Shown here: piece by piece, positions 1 to 12,410 of the stretch | Layout: the number at the start of each line of letters is the position of its first letter | How positions within the stretch are numbered: position 1 is the stretch's first letter | Assembly (NCBI GenBank): GCA_043228905.1 | Contig: JBHGNT010000018.1 | Span: 6,324,001 to 6,388,000 of the forward strand | Direction of reading: 5' to 3' | Source of the DNA: Azolla caroliniana | Lineage: Eukaryota; Plantae; Polypodiophyta | Length of the DNA: 64,000 nt | Position numbers and translations under genes: made by a program | The notes under the pieces: generated by a model | Database searches by the model: none | What the model saw: the letters and a program-made list of their open reading frames with translations, nothing else | Told to the model about the DNA's origin: nothing

Positions 1-2172
1 ACTTCACTCTTGTGATTGTAACCGCTTGGAGTGAGATTTTGCTTCACAAGCCCTACCTGCCTCAACCGTACTACATTGGATTAGACAACAATCAAATAGG
101 CCGCCTGACGCTAGTCACTCACTCATCATAATCACTCATAGTAGTCTGGGCTCAAGGAACAACCCCCTTTCGTGCTTCATTCAGTTAGACAACATTCGAA
201 AAGGTTACTTGAATCAATTCCTCTCATTGTCATAGTCACTTGAAGCAAGATCGGCCTAGATAATCAGCACATACTCTATGTTCGAAAATCTTGAAAGTTG
301 ACATTCAAAATCGATTCGGCAAACTCCGGTCCAATTTGACTAAGTCGATTGACTGTACTCACTTCGGACAGAATTCACCAAATAGTCGAAACCTTCGACT
401 TGTGTCCAATTTCGGCTAGAACGACATCGAGTGAGCCAGTCGGCCGCACTCCACCACTCTTCGTGGTCGACTCCAGACAAAGTCTATCAAGCCGCCACAT
501 ATGGCATCGATATCTGGCTTGTCAGAGATGAGTCTACGGAAGTTCGACGGATTGAACTTCAACTTCTGGAAGGAGCAGATGCAAGACTATTTAATAGTCA
601 AGGGGCAAATCGACCCCATCGAAAACAAAAATGCTCTAGAAGGGTACGAGTTGCTTGAATGGGAGAAGCTCGACAGAATTGTCTGAGCTACCATTCGGAT
701 GCACCTATCAGAGTTGGTGTACTTCACGGTGCAATCGTGTTCAACTGCCTTTCAACTGTTGAAGACATTGTCAGACACTTATGAGAAGAAGGTAGCCACC
801 ACCAAGATATATTTGATTCAACGCCTTTATAATCTTTGGATGAAAGAATTCGACTCGGTCCAGGCACACCTGAACGAGTACGAAAGCTTAAGTTCCCAAA
901 TTGTGGCTCAGGGGACGACTATCGAGGATCAACTAAGAGTAATGATGCTTATGAGTAGTCTCCCCCCTTCGTGGGAAACTTTCGTTACAACTGTGTGCAA
1001 TGCATCGACTATTGCCGTTAAGTACTCCTCAGTCACAAACACAATTCTGACTGAAGCAGCTCAAAGAAAATCGTTTGCGAACGATTCGGCCAAAGATGCT
1101 TACGTAGTACAAGGTTTGACCGACCAATCAAACAGCCGAGGAAGAGGTTCTTCACGGTAGCTGAACAACCAGCAAAGGTAGAGCAAGTCCCGGGATAATC
1201 GAGTCTACAATTATTGCAAGAAACCCGGACACCTCAAAGCCAATTTTCGTGCACTCAAGGCCAAAAACGATAAGGCTTAGTGATATGATCAAAAGAGTGG
1301 TCGGCATGAGGAGGTCAATTACGTTGGTTCTTCAGTCAAAGTTTTGTCGAACAACCCGAACATTCTATACATTAAAAACCCAGTCGAATCAGAAGTTCAG
1401 CTTACAACTGAGGAATCGAGCACATGGCTCTTGGATTCAGGTGTGTCCTTTTATGTGACCCCTCCTTGATCCCAATTTCGGCAATACTCAACCCAACATT
1501 CCGACTCAATTCGAGTCGGAAATTCGCAGCACTGCACGATTATTGGAATCGGCACAATAGAGCTCAACCTTCCGGGTGGCTCTACATTGGTACTACATAA
1601 TGTCTGACATGTACTTGAGCTCTCAAGACCTTTGATCTCAGTCGGACAATTGAACGAAGACAGCATCTGTACCGAGTTCTCATTAGGAGGGTGGACACTT
1701 CACACGGGGAACCTTCTACTTACTCAAGGACCGAAAGTACATTCTGTTGGGAAATCGGTCCCTCTGGATGGGATCTGGTTATGAATGAAGAGCACCCGGT
1801 GAGAACCGGAAGAGATCCGGAAACCGGATTGGATGGACCCAGTGAGAACTGGAAGAGAAGACATATTTGTAAATATGTTTTGAGTAAGCTTATTGAAGCT
1901 ATATTTGTAAATAGCCCTAAGTTCATATAACTATAAATATGACTTAGGGCAATCACTTAGTAATTGTGTGAGTAGGGTTTGCATAATTGTTGTATAGAGA
2001 GAGAGCGAGATACAGAGTGATACTCTGTTGTAACCGTTGTCTGGCAAAGATAAAGAGCTCGAGGTAGTTGCCTCCGAGCCTCCGATTGTACCGTTCTCAT
2101 ATAGTGACAGTTGGAGTCTGTGGGCTCCCGTGGTTTTTCCAATTTAGGGTTTTCCATGTAAACATCCTGCGT

Positions 2173-2950
2173 TGTCGTGAAGAATTTCGTCCAGAGGTGG
2201 AAACCGGGAAATATTAGCTACATCGGCGGGGTGCACCATGTGCACTCACACTCGTGTAATTGTGTGAATAATAGGAGTTAAGTCGGGACGAAGAATCCCA
2301 TGTAAATCGGGATTTATCCCACATTGTAACGCATCCCTCTCCTTGTTCTATAAAAGAAAGGGATGGTCCCTTGTAGAAGGGTTGCCCATTTTGTATTAGT
2401 AGGGTATACCGTTAGATGAAGAGACGTTCTCTCTTCCTCTTTCTCTCTCGTTTTAGGGTTTCTTCTTCTTGCTCTCCTCTACTTCTTCTTCTTCATCCTT
2501 CTGTGTGTCGAGCCTTGGCATCTAGCATTCCAGTTTTCTGCCCTGTACTCTATGCAAGACCCCGCTCGGCGCGACAAGCCCGAGAGCTCCCCGATCGGCG
2601 GCTTGGCAGTAGACGACAGTTGTATCTCGTACGACCTAGGTCCGGCTTGAAGTCGGTGTTGAATCTCGTTGCCTTGTAAATACTTATACATTTGGTTGTG
2701 CATATTCGGGTCTCTGTTGGTGTGCGTGTGTGTGTCTTAGTGTTTCTTTTTGGCTTATGTACATGTTCGTGCAAGAGTCAAAGTTGCGTGCCTGCTCTCT
2801 CTCTCTCTCTCTCTCTCCCTTCGATTGCTTCCGGTGTGCTCCTGGGGTGCCCTGGAAAGGGTGAAGCACAACTTCCTACGCTCCGTCACTCCCTAGTCCG
2901 AGACCCCCGTGGTCCCGCCTTTCTCCACGCACGCGCGTAACAACACGACA
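2173..2950 (+). repeat. 5' LTR (778 bp) of gag-only element
   Basis: Direct repeat of 6896-7669; TATAAAA at 2349-2355. Confidence 0.95.
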
Positions 2951-2987
2951 TCTTTGGTGAACCCAATGTGAAAGGCAGCAAGGGAGG

Positions 2988-4196
2988 ATGGAGTCGGAAG
3001 ACGATGACCTCGCGGTGATGGTGGCCGAAGTGGTGTTGGAGTCGGCACGAGTGGTGATGAGGCGAGAAGCAGCGCAACAAGCGGTTGAGCGAGTGGTCGA
3101 AAGAGTCGGTCGTTTCAATGGGGCCAAAGTCCCATCTTACTTGGAAGCCTACAACGCGGAGATGGAGGAGCAAGACGTAGACGAGGCGTTGAGGCTGGAG
3201 TTCTTCCGTCGGGTCGTCATCGTTCGTATGCACGCGGAAGTGAAGGAGCTTCGAGAAGCTCATAGTTCATGGGAGGCCTTCGAAGAGGCACTCCTGCAAG
3301 CATATGGAGGACGTTAGAAGAGTCGGGGACGACACGACTTTGACCAGTGGGTTGCATCGGCGAAGACCCACCAGGGCGCAATGAAGGCGTTCCGAGAGTA
3401 TGAGCGGCGGCTTGCTCGGCTCCCGAAGCGGGAACAAGGTTTGGTGGGGGTGGACAAAGTCCTATTCTTCGTCAGGTCGATCAACCGAGCAGAATGGGAG
3501 GCCATCAGGATGGAGCTCGAAGACGATGACGGAGCGAATGGGCTTACGGAGGACTGGTCGAAGGTCGGAAGGGTGTGCCAACGGCTAGACAATGAGCGAG
3601 TCGAGAAGGCTAAGAGGAAGGTGCACGACGGCATGCCATCACAGCGGGAAGAGGCCGAACGGCAAAGAGAGTCGGCAACGGTCTGCGTTGGGGCCAGGAT
3701 TGCGGAGGCGTACGCAGCTCTCGAGGCAATGCTTGAGGAAGAGGAAAGATCGAGGCCACAAGCCGAGACTGGGGAGACAGACTTGCCCCACTCGATGGCG
3801 GAAGATCGGTACCACGGTACCACGGGAGAGGGTGCGGAACAAAACGCCCTCTCGACTTGCAAAGATAGAACAACCAAGGACGAGGCTGAGATACAGATCG
3901 CGGAATCGGATAGTTGGGACCAGCGGTTTAGGGCGTGTCAGCCCGAAACCCCGGACATCGGAGAAGCAAGCCCATGCGGGTCTTACGCGATCGGTAAGGA
4001 GACGACCGCCGACCATGAAGAGCCGGTGGCTACGGACAAGGGCGTAAAACGAACAGGCGATTCTTTGTGTCTTCCCACACTTGCTCCCGAGACGATGGCA
4101 GTCAGGCCCGAGTGCCCACGTGAGTCCCAAAAGGAGGAAGGCGGCGGCGAGAGACTGAGAATCACCAGAGAGACGATACGGGGAAGGAGCGAATGA
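2988..4196 (+). pseudogene. Disrupted gypsy-type gag ORF with repetitive C-terminal extension
   Basis: ORFs 2988-3317 and 3381-4196 are in the same frame, separated by a TAG. Motifs VGRFNG..YLEAYNAEM, SWEAFEEAL, DKVLFF and GLTEDWSKV align with the gypsy gag pieces at 63581-63787 (TWKAFEEAL) and about 58560 (SGLTNTWENV). Confidence 0.7.
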
Positions 4197-6895
4197 AAGC
4201 CCTCGGACCCGATTCCGGAGAACTCGGCATTCGGGCCCTTATGCCCATGTAAAACCGAGGAGATGGATGGCGGTACCGAGGAGTCCTGGCACGATGCCAG
4301 CGAAGATGGATGGGAGATGGCCCGCGAAAAGGTCGACGAAGAGACCAAGGAACAACCCGACCGGGGACCGAACCGCGCGACGCTCCGATACGGGTGGAGT
4401 GTAATCCGGTCGTGGATTGTTCGATCGGGGCCGGATTCGGCATGAAGGTGCCGATACGGGAGAGGGTGCGGAACGAGCCGCCCTCTTTTACATGGGGAGA
4501 AAGACCGACCGGGCAAAGGTCGGGAATTGGAAGGAGGGTGGTCAGAGGCTCGGAACGAGTTTGGCAAGGTCGGCATCGGAGCCGATGCCGAAACTCCGGA
4601 CATTGGAGAATCAAGCTCAAGCGGGGCTTGATTGATCACAGAGCGGATGCTATCCACCGACACCGCTAAAAGGGGCGGTGGCCCGGACAAGTTGCCGAAA
4701 GACGTTGCGAAATCGGTTACGCCACATCCTATCCGGAGACTTTGGTTGTTCGGCCGACGTGGCAACGTAAGACCAAAGAGAAGGAAGATTGAGGCGGGAA
4801 CGCAGCAAGGACAGCGACGACGAGTTCGGGAGAAGTACGGGGAACGAAGACCGGTCCAATGAGATCTTCACATTGATCCGGTCATCGGCCCGAGTGCCGG
4901 TGTGAGTCCTATAAGAGAGATCGGTGGCGACAAGAGAACGGGACCCGGCAATCCGGAGAATGACGGACAGACCCGGATGAGAACCGGGCGGAGCGGACTC
5001 TCGGATAACCATTCTGGGAGGGAGGAAGAGAACAGGCCTACGAAGAGGCCGAGAACACAGTACGTCGGTACCACGGGAGAGGGTGTGGAGCGAGCCACCC
5101 TCTCGGCTTGCGAAGGAAAGAAAGACCCAGGATAAGGGTTAAGGATACGACGAGCCCAAGGAGGATCCTTCAAACCGGTTCCAAAGACTCCGGTGGTCGG
5201 CCCGAGAGCCGACGTGAGACCTAGAGTGGTGATCGGTGGCAGAAAGGGGACGAAGGCGAGGGAACTGCGAACGGGCGGTCTATGGAGATCCTCACACCGA
5301 TCTGGAGGTCGGGCCGAGTGCCGACGTGAGTCCTATAGGAGAGGTCGGTGGCGGCAGGTGAACGTGATCGGACGACGGAAGCAGAGAAAGAAGGTATCAG
5401 GCCGGCGACGCGGCTACTAACCGAATCGGACCTACCGGCAAGGTCATGAGCATAAGGAAGTCCGATCCTATGGGATCCCCACACCGGTTCCGGAGACCCC
5501 GGCTGTTCGGCCAACGTGGCAACGTAGGACCGAGGGAGAAGGAAGGTGGCGGCGGGAAACGGGACCCAACTATGCGGAAGACACGAGGAGAGTCCGGGAG
5601 GGACTCAAACAAAGACGCCCTGAATTTCGGCAAGCAAAGAAATGAAGACCGGTCCAATGGGATCTTCACACCAGTTCCGGAGACCCCGGCTGTTTGTCCA
5701 ACGTGGCAACGTAAGACCGAGGGAGAAGGATGGTGGCGGCAAGGAACGGGACTCGGCATCGACAAAGGTCGGTAAGACGGGGCGGACGAAGTGTGGAACC
5801 CCTACCAGCCGGTTACGGTTTCGGAAGGAGCCGGTAGGGGCAAACACGGGGAGGTGTGTCGGGCCGAAAAGGCACACCTGGGACGGAACAAGAGTCTCGC
5901 AAGTGGCCATCGCGGGCCGGATTGAAGCGTGACTACGAGACGGTGTTTGGCACGGGCGGTGCCGAACAAAGGAAGCGGAAGACGGCACAAGGAAGGTGTC
6001 GGAAACGAGGTGACGGGTGTATAGTGGACTGCACAGGGTTGGAGTCAAGGGATGACAAGAGAGGCCGGAGGAGGATCCTCCACACTCGCTTCGTAGATCT
6101 CAGTAGCTCCGTCGAAGTAGCGAAGATTTACACGGCAAGCCCGAGGGTGACAAGCTGGTGGGGGCGAGGGGACGACAGCAAGCGGAAGACTCAGGACTTG
6201 TTGCAGCAGCACGAGAACGGGAAGGGCCAAGCGGGCTACTACGGGGTGTTCTTTGGATGCGGAGGACACTGGTATGCGGATGAGCGGCGATACACGATCT
6301 GGCCGGGAAAGGGGCCGACAAGGCGTGCAATGAACCGGAGTACGGCACACGCAGTGCCAAACAACGAACGAGGGTATGCGGCACACGGAGGTGCCGGAGC
6401 GAAAAGGCGAGCGCGAAGATGGGTTGCGCGGTTCGAAGGTAGCGTGTAGAAGGCCAGAGAAGGATCCTCCACACCGTTGCGAAGACCATGGCGGTTCGAG
6501 CCGACGCGGCGACGTAAGACCATGGAGAAGGACGGTGGCGGCGAGAGGACGAAGGCAACGCGAAACAACATGGAACGGCAATCAGGACAACACGAATGGT
6601 CAACGGAGGCCAAGCGGGCCACTACGGGCATTCCTCAAGCGGAGAACGGAGCGTGCATACGGCCGAACAAGGGCCAGCGAAAGTACGCGTACTACGGAGA
6701 TTGCAGCGAAAGACCATCGACGGGTCGAACGAGCCTACGAGGAGGTAAGCACGAAGGGAGAACCGAAGCCGACGGTTCAAACCGGCAGCGAGCCGAGTTG
6801 CGGATTACGGAAGACCGGTTTCTCACCGGCCGAAATCTCTCACCCTTCACCTGATTTGGCACGTACCGGTGGACGTGCGGTTAGGTGGGGGCGGA

Positions 6896-7669
6896 TGTCG
6901 TGAAGAATTTCGTCCAGAGGTGGAAACCGGGAAATATTAGCTACATCGGCGGGGTGCACCATGTGCACTCACACTCGTGTAATTGTGTGAATAATAGGAG
7001 TTAAGTCGGGACGAAGAATCCCATGTAAATCGGGATTTATCCCACATTGTAACGCATCCCTCTCCTTGTTCTATAAAAGAAAGGGATGGTCCCTTGTAGA
7101 AGGGTTGCCCATTTTGTATTAGTAGGGTATACCGTTAGATGAAGAGACGTTCTCTCTTCCTCTTTCTCTCTCGTTTTAGGGTTTCTTCTTCTTGCTCTCC
7201 TCTACTTCTTCTTCTTCGTCCTTCTGTGCGTCGAGCCTTGGCATCTAGCATTCTAGTTTTCTGCCTTGTACTCTATGCAAGACCCCGCTCGGCGCGACAA
7301 GCCCGAGAGCTCCCCGATCGGCGGCTTGGCAGTAGACGACGGTTGTATCTCGTGCGACCTAGGTCCGGCTTGAAGTCGGTGTTGAATCTCGTTGCCTTGT
7401 AAATACTTATACATTTGGTTGTGCATATTCGGGTCTCTGTTGGTGTGCGTGTGTGTGTCTTAGTGTTTCTTTTTGGCTTATGTACATGTTCGTGCGAGAG
7501 TCAAAGTTGCGTGCATGCTCTCTCTCTCTCTCTCTCCCTTCGGTTGCTTCCGGTGTGCTCCTGGGGTGCCCTGGAAAGGGTGAAGCACGACTTCCTATGC
7601 TTCGTCACTCCCTAGTCCGAGACCCCCGTGGTCTCGTCTTTCTCCACGCACGCGCGTAACAACGCGACA
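6896..7669 (+). repeat. 3' LTR (774 bp) of gag-only element
   Basis: Direct repeat of 2173-2950, preceded by the PPT. Confidence 0.95.
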
Positions 7670-8772
7670 GCGTACTCTCCTTCTTCTTTTTGTGTACATG
7701 TATTCATCTCTATTCCCATTATTGTGTTTCATTCTCATTGAAGTGATTCATAACTCAATTGTGGCCAAGAAATATTCCGCGCTATTCTTCACACATTCGT
7801 TGTACCTCCTATACGTCACACTCAGAGAGGGTGGCTTGTTCCTAGTTGACATTCATGTGTCATCACTATGGCATGGACGACTCGGACACCTCAACAAGGC
7901 CAACATCACGCATTTATCCAAAGCCGGATACATCCCTAAACTCACCATCTCTGATCATCAGTTCTACGAGCATTGCCAGTACGGCAAACAAATAGCCGCA
8001 TCACATCCGACATTAGCACCAAGAGAATTGAATCCACTCGATTTGGTTCACTTGGACATCTGTGGCCCTATGCCACATCAGTCTCTCGGTATTTCTTTGT
8101 ACTTCGTCAGCTTTATTGATGACTCAACTCGGAACATATGGGATTATCCGATCAAAACCAAAGATCGAGTGTTCTCAATTTTTTCCGATTGGCTCGTTAT
8201 GGTCAAGAATCAATCCATCCAAAACCTAAAATGCTATAGTCGACAATTGGGGAGAGTTCAAATCCGAAGAATTCGTCCGATTTTGCCGACAACACGGCAT
8301 ACGACGTGAGTATACGACAACCTATAGTCTAGAGCAGAACGGAATTGTCAAGAGGATGAATCGGACAATTCAAGAAAGGATAGTTTCCATGCTCCAACAC
8401 TCCGGATTGTCGGATGGATTCTGGGTGGAGGCCCTACTTACGACAGTACACATAATCAATATGTCGCCGAGTAGGCCTCTAGGACTTCAGATACCTTAGG
8501 AATTATGGACCGGTATTATACCGAATTACGACAAGATGAGGATCTTCGGGTGCAAGGCATACGCCCTCATACCAAAAGATGATCGCCACAAACTTGCACC
8601 AAGGTTCAGGAAATGTATTTTCCTCGGTTATTGACCAGATGGCGAAATTGGATACCGACTCTGGACCCCGAGCACAGTCAGATCGTCCGAAGTTCAGACG
8701 TAGTGTTCAATGAGTCAGCCATGCATCAATCGGCCGAAAAGCCGATCAAAGTCCGAAGGGTAATTTTCTCGG

Positions 8773-11700
8773 TGTTGGCATAAAAGGCCGACTCCTTCCA
8801 AGTTGTATCTGTCCGAGTGTGAACTCGTCAATAAGTTAGGGCTTAGTATATAAGCAAATACCTAACATTGTATAGTGTGACGAGTGACAAAGAGATGAAG
8901 CCTCGGTGCATTGTATCTCAGAGAGAGAGAGAGAACGAAGCAATAAAGCTTTCCATTAGAGCTTGCACTGTGAAAGTCCATGCCATTCTATTTTTTGTCT
9001 GTGTTGTTTGCTGTTCAAAATCGACACAGATCCATACACGTTTCTGCAAATCGCACTCGTTACCGACAACTAGTATCATAGCGAATCTTTGTTGTTCGGC
9101 AGCAACAGACAACAGAAGAAGCTGAAAGAAAAGACCAGGTTAGAAATCTCAAGTTCACAAATAGAATATGGCTTCAACATCTGAAACGGGAGTTGAAATC
9201 AAAAAATTCGACGGCAAAAACTTTGCCTTGTGGAAGGAGATGATGTAGGATGTGTTGATCATTCAAAGACAAGTCGAAGCCATTTTGCACAGCGAAAAAC
9301 GTACTTCAATGACAGCCGAGGAGTGGAAATCAACAAATGAAATCACACACTCCACCATGCCGAAAACGTCTATTTCAGAATGGCAAAAGATACAACAGCG
9401 TTCTCATTGTGGGAGAAGCTACAAGCCGTTTATGAAAAGACGTCCTCATCTTCGAAATTGATTTTGATCAAACAACTGTTCAACATGAAGATGAGAGAGA
9501 CTGATCCAGCAACCTCCCCCATCAACACCTTCAGCCAGGTGTTGTCTGAGTTCTCGTCACAAGGGATCAACTTCGAAGAAGAAGGGAAGCCCTTGCCCTC
9601 CTATCGAGCCTGTCGGCTAGTGGGGAGGTATTCTGCACGACATACGCCAATAGTCGACCGATCCTAAACTTGGATGAAACAATTGGCCAAGTCCTCACAG
9701 AGGACATCAAGCGAAAATTGATGGGACTAACCATCGATGAGTCAGCAGAAGCCCATCACTCGTCTGAGTCGTTCGACCGACAGAACCGGTCGACGCTACA
9801 ACCGATCAAAAACAAGGGGAGACCGACAATGGTCGAAGTCGAAAACAGGCCGATCAAGCGAGTATTACACACACTGCAGGAAAGTTGGCCACAATGTTTC
9901 CGACTGCTAATCATTAAAAGGAAAAGAGAGTGGTCGGCGATCCGAGCGAAATCGGGGACGTTCCGACTCGGACCACTCTCTAATCGGCAACCAGATCAAT
10001 GTTGCTAACACCCGATCCGGAGAAATCCTCTCTGTAGAAGACTCAATGATCGGAGAAGTCCTCTACAGTGCACAAGTTGCACACACGTGGCTACTAGACT
10101 CTGGCGCCACATTTCACGTGACCCCCAACATTGAATGGTTCTCAAACTATTCAGCTGACGCCAACGACACAGTCCGATTAGGAAACGGGCAAGAGTGCAA
10201 GATAGCCGAAACCGGGGAGGTTCCCATTAGATTGCCAAGTGGGAACACAATAACCCTCCACCAAGTTCAGCACGTACCCAATCTAAGGAGGAGTCTAGTT
10301 TCCATCGGCATGTTAGCCGAAGACGGGTACCAAACGACTCTACATGAGTCGACATGGGTGATCAGCCGAGGAAACCTCAAAATAGGTAGTGGGCACAAGT
10401 ATAATAATCTATACCCATTGATGGCGATCAACCCTGAAGGGGCCATGAACATAGCCGAGAAAACCGACCCGAACTTATGGCATGTCTCAAGCCGGACTTG
10501 ATCAGGTGATGTCGGTCGGCTACATTCTGAAACTCCAGGCAAAGACGGACTTCTACGAGCATTGTCGATATGGGAAATAGACCCGAAGTCCGCACTCTCT
10601 CCACTACGAGATGGTACAACAACCCCTAGAGCTCATGCACACAGACATATGTGGGCCCATGCCAGAGCGATCACTAGGAGGCTCCCGGTACTTCATCACA
10701 TTCGTAGATGAGACTATACATGGAAAGTTTGGGCATACTCCATCAAGTCCAACGATGAAGCGCTCGAGGTCTTCACTCGATGGATATCTGAAGTGGAGAA
10801 CCGATCGGGATACAGAGTGAAGACACTCTGATCCGACAATGGAGGTGGTGAGTACACATCCAAAGCCTTCAAACAGTACCTATCCAGAAAAGGGATCCGA
10901 CACCAAAAGACCGTTCCCTACACACCCATGCAAAATGGAGTGGCAGAACGGATCAACAGGACGATCCAGGAGAGGGTGACGGCAATGTTCCAGCAAGCTG
11001 GATTGAATTTGGAATTCTGGGCCGAGGCATTGCAGAAGACAGTGTACCTGATAAATCTGGCTCCGTCAAGAGCAATCAAGCTCAAAGTGCCATAGGCACT
11101 ATGGTCAGGCAAACATCTGACCTACAATTGGCTCCGTATATTTGAATGTGAAGCCTACGCATTCATCCCCAGGGACAAAAGGACGAAGTTGGCACCCCAT
11201 ACAACAAAGTGCATATTTCTCGGTTATGGAACCGATGGGGACTTCGGCTACCGGCTATGGGACCTTGAGAACCGGAAATTGATCTGGAGCAGTGACGTAG
11301 TCTTCAATGAAGACTCTATCTTCTCTCAACTGAACCAACAGAAAACATATGGTAAGAATGTATCCTTCGAAGATGACAGCACTCTCGTAGAAGGACCGAC
11401 CCACCGGGCCGAATCGGAGACTCGACAAACAGTTGAACTCCAACAAGCTGCCGACACCGAATCGGCAACAAGTCCTATCATCAAACTCAAAGACAAAGTC
11501 ATCAAGGACACAACCGAATCGACCAGGATCGATAAAGGCAAAGTCACCAAGAGACAAGTCAGAAAAGAGTCAACGACAACCACAGGGGAGGACAACCAGA
11601 CACCATCAAAATCCCAATCTAGGAGCAGGACACCTAACAAGACTCCTGATACAAATGGTTCAACTAATACCGATCGACCAATAGAGTTGATCGAAGGATC

Positions 11701-12069
11701 CGAACCAAACATCTCGGCACACAGGAGATCTGAACGAGCTCGAAGGCAAACAGAGTTCTACCAATTGGGCCTCGACAACGTCAACTACACGGATGTCAGC
11801 AAACCAAACACCTATGAAGAAGTTATGGCTGCACCGGACGCCGAAACATGGCTACAAGCCATGAAATCCGAAATGGACTCAATTCATCAAAATCAAACAT
11901 GGGAGCTGGTCGAACTACCAGTTGGAAGGAAGCCGCTACCTTGCAAATAGGTTTTCCGATACAAGTATGTATCCGACTCGGAGAAACCCAAGTACAAAGC
12001 TCGGCTTGTCGAAAAAGGATTCAAACAGGAATATGGGGTCGACTACAACGAGATATTCTCACCAGTAGT
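8773..12069 (+). mobile_element. Truncated Ty1/copia retrotransposon B nested in A
   Basis: LTR at 8773-9068 (TGTTGG..CCGACA). Mutated tRNA-iMet PBS TAGTATCATAGC at 9071-9082. Gag from 9168 (MASTSETGVEIKKFDGKNFALWK), protease WLLDSGATFH, integrase, and RT start cut at EIFSPV. 3' half missing. Confidence 0.85.
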
Positions 12070-12410
12070 TGTCACGGACACACCAAGCGCGGACTAAGAC
12101 GGAGCACGGATGATGAGGCTACGATAGAGCGATGACGGAATGACACAAGAGCATAAAGACAAAGATGAAGATTAAGGAGAGAATATGGGCGAAACGAGAA
12201 TACTAGATTGATATGTCCATGACTGGCGTTGAATCCCTTGAAAGGGACCAAGAAGGTTACAAGTATTTATACTGTGAGTTGAAGTACATGCATTAGAATA
12301 TTCTTGAGAATATTTTAGAGAATATTCTAGAACCCTCTAGAACCTTCTAGTTCTAGAACTTTCTAAACACTCCTAGAACTTTCTAGAACTTTCTAAACTC
12401 TCCTGGAGAA
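12070..12410 (-). mobile_element. Truncated LTR fragment C, probably antisense
   Basis: Starts TGTCACGG exactly where the copia B RT stops. Minus-strand TATAAATA near 12263-12270 and TTCTAGAA-type short repeats. The far end is lost at a deletion junction. Confidence 0.55.

Larger units (their letters stand above)
2173..7669 (+). mobile_element. Non-autonomous gag-only LTR retrotransposon (TR-GAG/LARD-like, Ty3/gypsy-derived)
   Basis: LTRs at 2173-2950 and 6896-7669 (TG..CA). 4-bp TSD GCGT at 2169-2172 and 7670-7673. PBS TGGTGAACCCAATGTGAA from 2955 resembles the complement of the plant tRNA-Trp 3' end. PPT TTAGGTGGGGGCGGA at 6881-6895. Gag-like ORF present; no recognisable PR/RT/RH/INT. Confidence 0.9.
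1745..7793 (+). mobile_element. Solo LTR of the copia F family (about 550 bp, split by the 2173-7669 insertion)
   Basis: TGTTGGGAAATCGG...TTCTTCACA termini match the LTRs at 58589 and 62690. The 5-bp TSD CATTC is at 1740-1744 and 7794-7798. Removing it restores the copia A frame GPKVHSLYLLY. Confidence 0.92.

Noticed and set aside
3314-6903. Dozens of overlapping 60-260 aa ORFs on both strands
   Set aside because: Expected in GC-rich repetitive TE interior. There are no recognisable domains, so I did not call them as genes.
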